A stretch of DNA of 63,842 nucleotides, filler included, from Octopus bimaculoides (GCF_001194135.2; 7 parts of 7 records of this genome joined end to end with filler, not necessarily neighbours in it); one strand, 5' to 3'. Positions 39,645 to 51,473 are shown, counted from the whole stretch's first letter. Notes: generated by a model from the letters alone, not told the origin. Numbers and translations: made by a program.

Positions 39645-40608
39645 AACAATATATGAGTACCTTCATCCACATGTGCATATAGATACATAACTGGGTACAT
39701 GACGTGACAAAAGAACATGGACAAAATGATAAACAAGATACAACAAACAAGCAAGCCACATAGAAACATCTCCTTCATCAGCTGCCACCCTTAAAACACC
39801 GACGTTTCGAAGAATAAAGGTAGTACGCATCGTTGAAATGGTTCTTCCCACGAACACAAATTAAATTATTTTCGTGGAGGGAAACCGAAACGGTGAATAA
39901 ACAAACAAGCAAAAAGGCTGTACATTCAGACGTGAAGTGTGTATGTATTGAACGCTGTGAAGCACGAACAGGAGGGGCAAAGAGGTACGTGCAAGCTTGG
40001 GGAGTTCAAGAACGAAAAGAAATAGCAGCCGGACACATGTGACGAAGGCTGTGTGAAGAGAAAGAGTAGCAGAGGGAAAAGAAGGGGAGGAAGTAGAATA
40101 AAAGTGAGCAACGAGAGGTAGAGAGAGAGAGAGATAGTAGTAGTAACGGTGAGAGACGAAGGACGAGTAACAAGAGATAGAGAGAGAAAGAGATAGTAGT
40201 GACAGGTACAGGCGAAGAACAGTAGAGGGAAGAATGAGAGGGGGAGATAGATATAGAGATAAAGAGAGTCGCGTTAGAAAAATAGTTAAANNNNNNNNNN
40301 NNNNNNNNNNNNNNNNNNNNNNNNNNNNNNNNNNNNNNNNNNNNNNNNNNNNNNNNNNNNNNNNNNNNNNNNNNNNNNNNNNNNNNNNNNNNNNNNNNNN
40401 NNNNNNNNNNNNNNNNNNNNNNNNNNNNNNNNNNNNNNNNNNNNNNNNNNNNNNNNNNNNNNNNNNNNNNNNNNNNNNNNNNNNNNNNNNNNNNNNNNNN
40501 NNNNNNNNNNNNNNNNNNNNNNNNNNNNNNNNNNNNNNNNNNNNNNNNNNNNNNNNNNNNNNNNNNNNNNNNNNNNNNNNNNNNNNNNNNNNNNNNNNNN
40601 NNNNNNNN

Positions 40609-40642
<34 letters not shown>

Positions 40643-40656
40643 GTTTTATACATATA

Positions 40657-40687
<31 letters not shown>

Positions 40688-40764
40688 TATTTTATCAGTT
40701 TCAGCTCAAAGTTGTGGCCATGCTGGAGCACTGCTGTTTTGCTACACTCTCATTATTGAGAGCC

Positions 40765-41268
40765 TCCTCTGATATGTCGCCTTTGGTGAATAAGGGAGTT
40801 TGATGTCACTATCCTCATTTGCACCTCCTGCCGCCAGGTAGGTTCATTTGGGTCTCTCGACAGGAAGAGATCCAGTTTTGATTTGAAAACACCTACATCC
40901 ATTGTGTGTAGATGCCCCTAGGCTCTTTGGGAAAATATTAAAAAGCTGTGAGCCCCTGAAACCCAGGCTGTTGCAGTAACTGGTCCTGAAGCGCAACGGC
41001 ATTGCTGGGATCTTTGGCACTGTGCAATGGTGAGCCGTTCTGACATTTGTGTGGCTTTCAAAGCCAACATTTGGCACAATCACTTCCAGGATCTTCCAGA
41101 TGTATATTATTGCATATCTCTCCCGCCTTCGCTCCAGGGAGTAGAGTCTTAGCTGCTTCAGCCTTTCCCAGTAGCTGAGCTGTTGCAATGAGACGATCTT
41201 CTTTGTGAAGTTTTGCTGAATTGCTTCAACAAGGTCCGCTAGAGATGGCAGCCACTCGACCTTGACCT
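40765..41268 (-). mobile_element. CR1-clade LINE 3' fragment
   Basis: QNFTKKI..LSYWERLKQLRLYSLERRRERYAIIYIWKILE...SYCNSLGFRGSQLFNIFPKSL. Confidence 0.92.
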
Positions 41269-42232
41269 TAGCATATACTTTTAAAGCGACACACACACAC
41301 ACATATGTATGTGTTATATATNNNNNNNNNNNNNNNNNNNNNNNNNNNNNNNNNNNNNNNNNNNNNNNNNNNNNNNNNNNNNNNNNNNNNNNNNNNNNNN
41401 NNNNNNNNNNNNNNNNNNNNNNNNNNNNNNNNNNNNNNNNNNNNNNNNNNNNNNNNNNNNNNNNNNNNNNNNNNNNNNNNNNNNNNNNNNNNNNNNNNNN
41501 NNNNNNNNNNNNNNNNNNNNNNNNNNNNNNNNNNNNNNNNNNNNNNNNNNNNNNNNNNNNNNNNNNNNNNNNNNNNNNNNNNNNNNNNNNNNNNNNNNNN
41601 NNNNNNNNNNNNNNNNNNNNNNNNNNNNNNNNNNNNNNNNNNNNNNNNNNNNNNNNNNNNNNNNNNNNNNNNNNNNNNNNNNNNNNNNNNNNNNNNNNNN
41701 NNNNNNNNNNNNNNNNNNNNNNNNNNNNNNNNNNNNNNNNNNNNNNNNNNNNNNNNNNNNNNNNNNNNNNNNNNNNNNNNNNNNNNNNNNNNNNNNNNNN
41801 NNNNNNNNNNNNNNNNNNNNNNNNNNNNNNNNNNNNNNNNNNNNNNNNNNNNNNNNNNNNNNNNNNNNNNNNNNNNNNNNNNNNNNNNNNNNNNNNNNNN
41901 NNNNNNNNNNNNNNNNNNNNNNNNNNNNNNNNNNNNNNNNNNNNNNNNNNNNNNNNNNNNNNNNNNNNNNNNNNNNNNNNNNNNNNNNNNNNNNNNNNNN
42001 NNNNNNNNNNNNNNNNNNNNNNNNNNNNNNNNNNNNNNNNNNNNNNNNNNNNNNNNNNNNNNNNNNNNNNNNNNNNNNNNNNNNNNNNNNNNNNNNNNNN
42101 NNNNNNNNNNNNNNNNNNNNNNNNNNNNNNNNNNNNNNNNNNNNNNNNNNNNNNNNNNNNNNNNNNNNNNNNNNNNNNNNNNNNNNNNNNNNNNNNNNNN
42201 NNNNNNATATATATATATATATATATATATAT

Positions 42233-42894
42233 ACTAGCTGTTTTTTCCGGTTTCACCCGGGTAGTTTGGTTGATGTTGTAAAACCTGCAATTTTCTAAAT
42301 ATTTACCTCCTCTTTGTATTCAAAAATAAAGATTAAATATATATATTTTAAGAAAACAAAAATTAACGAAAAAACAAAAAAGCCCAAATTAATAGAAATG
42401 TTAAGTTGCCGATAGCTGTAGTAACTGGAAGGTTTCAGTACTCTGATATAGCTAAAATTATATTAATTTGTGTAATTAAAGTCTAATGTTGTCATTGTTC
42501 CTAATCTGAACCTCAACCATGAATGAAAAATCAAGTACATAACAGTGAAGTTGTTGTATGTACACAAAGAATCATATAAATTGTACTTTGTTAAACAACT
42601 CGAAGTAAATACAATGTAAAACAGTAGCAGAAACTTTAAACAAATAGAATTAATGTTTAAGTTCACCGATCGAACATGATCGCAGCTGAAGCCTGCCTTG
42701 AAAAACGGGTCAATGGGGAAACAGCAGAACTTTAGGCGACGTAATAATTCTAAAAAAAAGGGAAAGAATAAACGATTGTGCACACATGCAATGAACGGAA
42801 TAAACTGAACTTACGTGGCGTGATTGGTTGCAAAAAATAGCAGCGGAATGTACGTGAAGGAAACATGGAGACGAGAGAGATCATTGCGCGTGCG

Positions 42895-42900
<6 letters not shown>
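42233..42900 (-). mobile_element. Helitron-like non-autonomous element, 3' end at 42233
   Basis: Minus strand ends CCCGGGTGAAACCGG hairpin ... CTAGT. Confidence 0.55.
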
Positions 42901-42937
<37 letters not shown>

Positions 42938-43037
42938 NNNNNNNNNNNNNNNNNNNNNNNNNNNNNNNNNNNNNNNNNNNNTTAATTAATTAANNNNNNN
43001 NNNNNNNNNNNNNNNNNNNNNNNNNNNNNNNNNNNNN

Positions 43038-44704
43038 TATATACTCTCTTTTACTCTTTTCCTCACAAAACACAAAAGTAGGGAAAAAATAAAATCGAAT
43101 GAAAAGAATGGTAATGATAAATGAAAAGGTGGAATGACGTCTACTCGAACCCCCAAACTCCAGTTAACGTCATTGAACGTTTTCAGAAAAAAAATTTAAC
43201 ACGTGTTATTCTAATTTTGTCTCTTTCTCAACGGACATGCGTGAAGTGCTATCTGGCCAATGTCAATACGAAATTTTATTTTCATTTCCATTAAAACAAT
43301 ACACATTTACTGTTCTATGACGGGTTAATAATTATCGCAGCAGTTGCAAGGTAAGACATAAAATTCTTTGTCTCTCTGTAATAATTATTGTGGTATTTAC
43401 CGTTAAATTAGCAGTTCCATACATGTGTTATTTCGTTCATTTGCTTATATTTCGTTAATTTACACTGCATACAAAAATACGGACATACTATATACAAACA
43501 ACTGCTTACAAAAATAGAGATTAATGTATTGGGTTGTCCGTGCCAATTTATTGTAGCTTACTTTTCGACTTACTTGCCATGAAACCACCTCACTTCTGGG
43601 AAGAGGGTATTTTCAAGTTAAAGGAAAGATGGAGACGCATTGTGCAACAAAATGGTTCATATTTGGTTGATTAAAAATGTAATGGCAAGTATTTATTAAC
43701 CCTTTTCTTTCCTTTAAAAATTGGCATGAACTTTCCGGACAACCCAAAATATGTTTTCAATGTTCATAATTTTTTGTTTACAATATTGAAAAAATATGCC
43801 ACCAAAGAAAAGACGTGTTTCTCTCTAGAAACCCGTATAAAGCGAGGACGATTGCTGAAAACCGAAGGCGTGTGTCTCAACAGGGAAAGGAGATGAGACT
43901 TTCTCAGGGTCAGCAGATGCATGCTGCAGCACGTCAAATGGAGTCTCAAGAGAGAAAGGAGATGAGATTTTCCCAAGATCAGCTAAGGCATGCTGCAATA
44001 CTTAATGCTGAGTTATTAGAACAACGTTTAACACGCTATATTAAGCAGATGTCCAATACAATATAGCTCTCAGAAATAGACCATAGGCAAATTCCTTCTT
44101 CACAATACCAGGAGCTGCTTTCATATATGATCCATCCCAGCCTTATAAAAACAATAATTCTGTACGAATTGGTGTGCTACACTCAAACTGTCGTTTCTGC
44201 AAAGCTTTCAAATTTCCAAATGAAACTAGTGGCATGTGCTGCTCAGGCGGTAAGGTAAGATTGTCAGCACTACCAGCTCCTCCTCAACCTTTTTCGACAG
44301 TTCACTTCCTCGTCACCGTCTCCCATTACAGCCCATTTCCAGAATGTACCCATTTACGTACAATATTTCCATTACACCTCCATTCATTTGACTGTTAACC
44401 ATACGATGGGTCCTGTTACACGTAGCGCTGACCACTTCAAAGTCGAGTATATCCACTGACAGCTTTTCGGTGGGTTCAAAAATTACACCCCCCCACCCCA
44501 GTTGTCCACGCTAGGTTAGAGCATGGAATCCTCAAAACGGATGTATTACATGTCGATTAGTCGAATTAGACCATCATTTACTCTACAAATGTTTTGTCGT
44601 CAATGCTGCACTTTCCCGTATCACCTGTATCAACGTAACTGTAATATATATATAAACAAACTTTTCCATTTTAATCCCGAGCAACGCCGGGTATCTCTGC
44701 GAGT
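43038..44704 (+). mobile_element. Helitron deletion derivative with RepHel N-terminal remnants
   Basis: Charged repeats (EMRLSQGQQMHAAARQMESQERKEMRFSQDQLRHAA); Zn motif NCRFCKAFKFPNETSGMCCSGGKVRLSALPAPPQP; 3' hairpin CCCGAGCAACGCCGGG (44676-44691) before a degenerate CTAG. Confidence 0.8.
43529..43749 (+). mobile_element. Internally deleted mariner element nested in the Helitron
   Basis: TA-TTGGGTTGTCCG ... CGGACAACCCAA-(AA)TA; peptide KPPHFWEEGIFKLKERWRRIVQQNGSYLVD* matches the mariner transposase C-terminus. Confidence 0.88.
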
Positions 44705-44714
44705 TCTAACTAAG

Positions 44715-44900
44715 TACGAGCTGGCAGAATCGTTAGTATGCCGTGAGAAATGCTTAGTAGTATCTCGTCTGTCGCTACGTTCTGAGTTCAAATTCCGCCG
44801 AGGTCGACTTTGCCTTTCATCATTTCGAGGTCGATAAATTAAGTACCAGTGTAATCAACTATTCCTTTGCCCAATAATTCAGGCCTTGTTCCTATAACTG
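44715..44900 (+). mobile_element. SINE family B
   Basis: Family consensus with CpGs intact. Confidence 0.88.
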
Positions 44901-44952
44901 AACATAAAAATACTTATTTAGGCGTGGCTGTGTGGTAAGAAGTTTGCTTCCC

Positions 44953-46944
44953 TGACAGGAGAGCTAGTTGTCTTTCAGCAGTTGAACGAGATGAATATGA
45001 GTCTTTTGGTTCTGTTCAAGTAAGGATTACAAGGAACATTGAAGAACTCGCCGAGGTAGGTCGGTTTTGTCGCTCAACTGAGCAATAATTTGTATTTTAA
45101 AATTCTTTTTCAGCACGTTGTTGTTCAGCTTGGCGACATTTTCGCTTGCCTTGGCGGGTTTCTTGTGGTTGTTCGATAAGAACAAACTGTGTGTTAGCTG
45201 TTTCTAGTGGGCGTATCCGCTCCACAGCAGTAAAAATTTATTGCTTCGCCTTTTTTTTGGCCGAAAAGTCTTTGCATTCGCATTGCGAACGAATTTGTGT
45301 GCTTACTGTTTGTGGTAGGCGTATCCGCCCCTCCTCAACAGTAAAAATTATTGTTTGGCATTTTTTGCCGAAGAACTTTGTGCTCACATTTGTGAGCGAA
45401 TTGTGTGCTTGCTGTCTGCGGTTTCGTTTCACCACAGCAGTGAAGAAATTTTCCGAGGAAGCTTTGGAGTACCTTGTTTTGTAGTACCTCTGGAAGAACC
45501 CGGATTATCTGTGTTCCCGTGTTTGAACTGCTTTTTTTTTTTTTCTTCTTTTTACGTTTTCATTCTTCTTATTGAACTTTTATTCAACTCTCATTTGTAA
45601 ACTGTTATAAACAAACATGGAGAAAAAAAGTAACAATAATGAAGTCACCGTCTTGGAGTGGGAGGTTGCCCCACCCAGGCGGTGGTCGGAAGAAATGGAA
45701 AAGAGGACAGTGGTCTTGCGGACATATTGTAGGTCACGCAATGCCATTGCCCTCTTCAATAGAGAAGAAATAGAGCAGGAACTTGCAGGCTGTTTGCAAA
45801 GTAGAAGGTACTTCATAACTAGGGGGGTCAAATATGCAACTGTGTGGTTGCTGTTTGACTCCCTTGAAGAGGCTGCTATTGTGGCCAGCCAGCCCCTGCG
45901 GGTGGAGGAAATTTTGTTCTTCCCCTCTTACTGCGGGAAAAAAGTTGTTAGAGCCTGGGTATATGGACTGCCCCCAGGTACCAAGGCCAGATGGATTGCT
46001 GATGCCATCGGGCAGGGTTTGGGGGATAATGGGCCCAGGCTCTTAAGTGTAAACTTGACTGCTGCGGTGAACTGGGAGGGGGTTAAAGCCAATTTAACCC
46101 CGTGGACCCCAGTACCCGCAGCAGAAATGATTTTCCCTGATTTCCTGAAANNNNNNNNNNNNNNNNNNNNNNNNNNNNNNNNNNNNNNNNNNNNNNNNNN
46201 NNNNNNNNNNNNNNNNNNNNNNNNNNNNNNNNNNNNNNNNNNNNNNNNNNNNNNNNNNNNNNNNNNNNNNNNNNNNNNNNNNNNNNNNNNNNNNNNNNNN
46301 NNNNNNNNNNNNNNNNNNNNNNNNNNNNNNNNNNNNNNNNNNNNNNNNNNNNNNNNNNNNNGGTCGGTGGAAAGTACTGTGCCGCCGACCGAACCCGCGA
46401 CCCCTCCGGTGGGAATTGTGCTACCGGAGAAAGAGAAGCTGCCAGCGGGAACGGTGCCGCTGTCAGAAGACTCTTCCTCTGAGGAAGAGGAACTTATCCT
46501 CCTGTACATCAAGGGGAGGAAAGTTGAAAGGCTCCTGGATCGTGCATGCGGACAAGAGAGATCCTTTTCTGCATGCACATCAGCAGCAAGATGGCCCCCG
46601 CAGGTGGCCGCTGAGGTAGTTACCCGTACCACCATTAACATGGTCAAGGCCACCTGCAATCAATTGAGTTATTTTCACTTTACTAACGAAATGGATTACA
46701 ACATGGATTCTTGCATGAGGTATGATGATGAAGAACTATTGATTGTAAATTGATTATTGATTGTAAATTAATTGTAACCATAGTGAACAAAGGTTTTCGA
46801 GGGGTTACCGATCGGTGGGCGTCGGTGCCCCTCTCATTTTTCATATATGTCATCCTCATTTTGTCATTAATGTTTCTGTCCAGCCCTAGCTTCTGCTAAT
46901 CTGTATAATGCCTAAATGGCAAATTTCCTGAAGTAAAGAAACTA
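44953..46944 (+). mobile_element. L1/Tx1-like element apparently lacking ORF2 (HAL1-like)
   Basis: 660-bp 5'UTR with ~106-bp monomers, a single ORF, a ~190-bp 3'UTR with a stem-loop, and clean boundaries inside a SINE. Confidence 0.65.
45617..46753 (+). CDS. LINE ORF1-like protein (RRM-like N-terminus, low-complexity P/E-rich linker); spans a 211-N gap
   Basis: Complex non-repetitive ORF, open on both sides of the gap. RTVVLRTY..FITRGVKYATVWLLF..EEAA..VRAWVYGLPP resembles L1/Tx1 ORF1 RRM segments. Frame continuity across the gap is unverified. Confidence 0.6.
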   Translation: MEKKSNNNEVTVLEWEVAPPRRWSEEMEKRTVVLRTYCRSRNAIALFNREEIEQELAGCLQSRRYFITRGVKYATVWLLFDSLEEAAIVASQPLRVEEILFFPSYCGKKVVRAWVYGLPPGTKARWIADAIGQGLGDNGPRLLSVNLTAAVNWEGVKANLTPWTPVPAAEMIFPDFLKXXXXXXXXXXXXXXXXXXXXXXXXXXXXXXXXXXXXXXXXXXXXXXXXXXXXXXXXXXXXXXXXXXXXXXXSVESTVPPTEPATPPVGIVLPEKEKLPAGTVPLSEDSSSEEEELILLYIKGRKVERLLDRACGQERSFSACTSAARWPPQVAAEVVTRTTINMVKATCNQLSYFHFTNEMDYNMDSCMRYDDEELLIVN

Positions 46945-47330
46945 TCTTTCCATCCATATGGTCTCGGGTTCAGTCCCACTGCGTGGCACCTTTGCCAAAT
47001 GTTTTCTACTATAGCCTCGACTAAAGCCCTGTGAGCGGATTTGGTAGCTGGAAACTGAAAGAAGCTCGTCTTGAATGTATATCTTATATGTATGCGTGTA
47101 TTTGTGATTGTGTGTCAGTGTTTGTCCCTCTGCCATCGCTTGACAACCAATGCTGGTGTGTTTATGTGCACGTTACCGGCATAACAGACCGATAGAATAA
47201 GTACCAGGCTTACAAAGAAGAAGTCCTGAGGTCGATGTTTGTACTATAACCATATGAAGCGGTGTTCCAGCATGACTGCAGTCAAATGACTGAGACACGT
47301 AAAAGATATATATATATATACATATATATA

Positions 47331-47560
47331 CACAGACTGTCCTCATTTAACGACCTACCTACTTAACGACCACTCGGAGTTACGACGCATTTTACGAGCC
47401 GTCATATAGACATTTTAAAACTTTGACTGTCGTATTGTGCACTGTACGAGAACTGCCGTCGTGACGGCAGCGCATCCCGAGCACCCAGCCTCACCTTCCG
47501 ACACACTCGCTCTCTCACACTCCCGCCTGTATACACGTCTCTCTCGTAAAAACAGCGTTC
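47331..47560 (+). mobile_element. Possible Tigger/pogo-like element left end
   Basis: CAGACTGTCCTCATTTAACGACC resembles Tigger TIRs; no matching right end seen. Confidence 0.4.
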
Positions 47561-47825
47561 ACTTGACACGCACCCAATTGAAGCAGGTCATTAACCCTGA
47601 TATTTAAAGTTTTGATAGTTATTTATATTTTTTGTACTTTTCCGTGAAGAATGACCTTATTTTACTTAGAAATTTCAAGTGTTATCTCCCTTGTTTTTTA
47701 ATATCACAATGGCGAAATTATCTCCCTTTATCCTTTATCATTTACTTATTTCAGTCATTGAAATAATTTTAGTTGAACAAATTGACACCAGTGTTTACTT
47801 TTTTTCTTTTTAAAGTCTGGTACTA

Positions 47826-47990
47826 TAGGCGCAGGAGTGGCTGTGTGGTAAGTAGCTTGCTTACGAACCACATGGATCCGGATTCAGCCCTACTGCGTGG
47901 CACCTTAGGCAAGTGTCTTCTACTATAGCCTCGGGCCGACCAAAGCCTTGTGAGTGAATTTGGTAGGCGGAAACTGAAAGAAGCCCGTCG
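47826..47990 (+). mobile_element. SINE family A, well-preserved head and body
   Basis: tRNA-like A/B boxes (tggctgtgtgg; ggattcagccc) and cttaggcaagtgtcttc core. Confidence 0.92.
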
Positions 47991-47998
47991 TATATATG

Positions 47999-48051
<53 letters not shown>

Positions 48052-48154
48052 TCGNNNNNNNNNNNNNNNNNNNNNNNNNNNNNNNNNNNNNNNNNNNNTT
48101 AATTAATTAANNNNNNNNNNNNNNNNNNNNNNNNNNNNNNNNNNNNNNNNNNNN

Positions 48155-48185
<31 letters not shown>

Positions 48186-48265
48186 AACACAGGTGAGCAT
48201 ATAAGTGCAAAACAAGATGGAAAAGATAGTGCTCGAATACCAAAGGTAGAGTAATATGCTTTTTA

Positions 48266-48374
48266 TTAAAGTTGCAAAATTATGACAAAAACTGTTACTC
48301 AGAGTTTCTCGTTCCCGGCGAACAGGGACGTGAGACTCTGAATAACAGTTTTAGTGATAATTTTGCAGCTTTAA
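48266..48374. repeat. Foldback with ~50-bp arms within a dispersed element (tail also at 48190-48265 and 51840-51900)
   Basis: ttaaagttgcaaaattat..aaaactgttactcagagt vs actctgaataacagtttt..ataattttgcagctttaa. Confidence 0.88.
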
Positions 48375-48388
48375 TTAAAAGTATGCAT

Positions 48389-48424
<36 letters not shown>

Positions 48425-49671
48425 TATGGTGGCTATTTGCCACCATAATGTGACTGTCCCGAAAGGAACGATGTTACTGTTGTTTTAGCCCCAAGACACA
48501 TAGTTTCTAGCTGGTTATTCGACACACTATCTGTGCCCTTGTATTTTCGAACAGGGATCTCAGCACCCATTCTAGCGCAAAACAACATCTGTTTGACTAG
48601 TTTCTGGGTCATTGCCCTTTATCAACACAGAGTAGCTGCTTTGGCCAGATAGCGTTACTGAATTCACCGTTCAAACATATAGTTTTCAAAGTGACACACA
48701 GCCACTGATAATATTTCTAATATTTTTACCTAGGCGAAACTTGAACGAAAACGTAAAGGCGGACGAAATACCGGTAAGTATTTTGTCTGGCATAGTAACG
48801 ATTCTGCCAGCTCGTCGCCTTTTTAGCAAACACATATATATATATATTCGCATATACTGTAAACCTCAACTATTAATCGTAGGCTATAAAATAACTTTTT
48901 TCTGCTTATTGAATTTCGATATGGGAAAAGCTTATAACCTTCTTCGCCAATAAACCAATAATGTTCCTGAAAGTTGTTTTTCATACCTTCTACGGACCGC
49001 CTGAATCTTACTAATCCTCTACACTTTGATCTTTCGATCTTACCATTACATATTACTATATACTTATGTGTGTGATACACATATCCATTTATTTCTTCAC
49101 CACCAGAGTAACTTGGGATTTATGGAAAGGAAAGCTTTATATTATTCACAGTGTATGAAACAAGAGGTCACTAAAAGTTTGAAAACAAGCATGGACGTTT
49201 AGGACAAACTTATGAAAATGCTTTGGATACACAAAGGGTTAAAAAAAAAACGGAAGTGGAGAAAAAAGATACATTGGAATGATGTAGCCGTAGATATAGT
49301 TTTACGGTTAATAACTACGGTTCGCTTCGCTACCATATAGATACTGGCATGGATGTGTGCTCAAGAATTTCGCAGCGCAATCACGTGGTTTCAGATTCAA
49401 TTCTACTGAGCAGTTCTTTGGATAAGTATCTTCTGCTGTAGCTCTGGGATGACTCAAGTGTTTTGAGCGAATTTTGGCTGGTGGAAACAGCGTACACACA
49501 CACACACACACAAATATACTCGCATAATATGCACATTCGCACGCATAAACACCACATCTTCCACACAAGCACACCCGCAAATATTCGCACTCATATTTAC
49601 ACACAGATGTTAGAATGTATATACATGCACCCATACTCATGCCCTAAATGTATGTGTGTATGTGTGTGTGT

Positions 49672-49714
<43 letters not shown>

Positions 49715-49740
49715 TGTGTGTCTGTGTGTGTGTCTGTGCG

Positions 49741-50125
49741 TGTAGGCGGGATTGCGCAGTAAAGAAGTTTGTTTCCCAGCCACATGGGTCTGGGTTCAGT
49801 CCCATTGCGCGACACCTTCAGCAAGTGTATTCTACTATAGCCTCGGACCGACCAAAGTCTTGTGAGTGGATTTGGTACGGAAACTGAAAGAAGCCCGTTG
49901 TGCGCGCGTACACACATATAAATAAGTATGTGTATGTCTGTGTTTCTATTTCACTACCGCTTGACAGCCGGTGTTGATGTGTTTATGTCCTCGTAGTCTA
50001 GCGGTTCGGCAAAGAGTCCGATACAATAAATACCAGGATTTAAGAAAATAAGTACTGGATGCGATTTATTCGACTAAAATTCTTCAAGGCGGTGCCTCAA
50101 AATGGCCGCGGTCTAATGACTGAAA
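49741..50125 (+). mobile_element. SINE family A, full length with 3' tail
   Basis: Head, core, microsatellite remnant and cgcttgacagccggtgttg...aatgactgaaa tail; further copies near 49330-49490 (+) and 50545-50830 (-). Confidence 0.85.
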
Positions 50126-51251
50126 AAAAAAAGAAAAAAGAATGTTATGTGTATGTATTTGTGTGTGTGTGTATAAGAATGCATGTATGTATGTATCCTT
50201 GTGTTCGTTAACCTCGTTTGACAACTGCTGTTGGTTTGTTTACGTCCCCATAACGTAGCTTTTGGCAAAAGAACCAAACTTGAAACGATTAAATGTTGGG
50301 GGTTGATTTACTGGACTAAATCCGCCAAGGCGTTCCCCCACACCCAGCACGCCTGCAGTTCAGTGACTGAAACAAGCAAAAGTTTATCAATAAAGCGCAT
50401 ACCGTTCTTCGTTCGCTTCCATTTGAAAGGTACTTTACCAGATCCGAGTTTGTTTCGAACCAACCTACACTGGCTTGAAACAATGAGAAATGCATTAGAT
50501 GATAGTAGTATCAAGACGATTCACTATATATTATCTCATAATTTACTTGTTTCAGTCGGTGGACTGCAGCCATGCTGGAGCGCCACTTGGAAAGGGTTTT
50601 ATTCGAATAAATCGATTCCAGTATGTATTTATTTTTTTTAAGCCTGTTACTTATTTAATCGGTCTCTTTTACTGAAGCCGTTATATTATGGGTACGTAAA
50701 CACACCAACACAGGCTGTCAAGCGGCGGAGAGTCAATCATACACACACACACACACACATACATACTATGGGCTTTCACACGGTTTCCGCCTACTAAATT
50801 CACTCACAAGGCATTGATTGCCTCAAGAATATAGAAGAAAAAAATTCATTTACTAAAGATGCCGCATAATGGGATTGAACCAAAACCATCTGGTCACAAA
50901 GTGAACTTCTTCAGAAAGTAGAGATAATAAAGATATATTAATAAATTAAATGAATGGATTACACACACACACACACACATACACACACACATTATGACCC
51001 GATGCTATAAAACATTTAAGTTGCCGTGCACTAAAGGATCAAATCCACATTTAAAAGATTTCTTTCATGATTTTTATGAGATTTAGATATAATTAGAAAA
51101 CTAGTAATTAATAAAACAATGCTGAGAATAAGAATAAGAAAAAAGAGAAAAAGGAATTCATAAGTATAGAAGATATACTTGTTTGATTTATAGAGATTGG
51201 ATCCGAGACCACGTGAGTGGAGTTTTGTAGACAGAAACTGAAAGGAGCCCA

Positions 51252-51306
<55 letters not shown>

Positions 51307-51417
51307 CATGTATATATNNNNNNNNNNNNNNNNNNNNNNNNNNNNNNNNNNNNNNNNNNNNTTAATTAATTAANNNNNNNNNNNNNNNNNNNNNNNNNNN
51401 NNNNNNNNNNNNNNNNN

Positions 51418-51473
<56 letters not shown>

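Larger units (their letters stand above)
44918..47305 (+). mobile_element. SINE family A split by a ~2 kb insertion (head 44918-44952; remainder 46945-47305)
   Basis: ...ggtaagaagtttgcttccc | insert | tctttccatccatatggtctcgggttcagtccc... reconstitutes the family head. Confidence 0.85.

Noticed and set aside
48422-48450. 12-bp perfect hairpin CATTATGGTGGC-TATTT-GCCACCATAATG
   Set aside because: Too short for a pre-miRNA and adjacent to a decayed repeat; no supporting context
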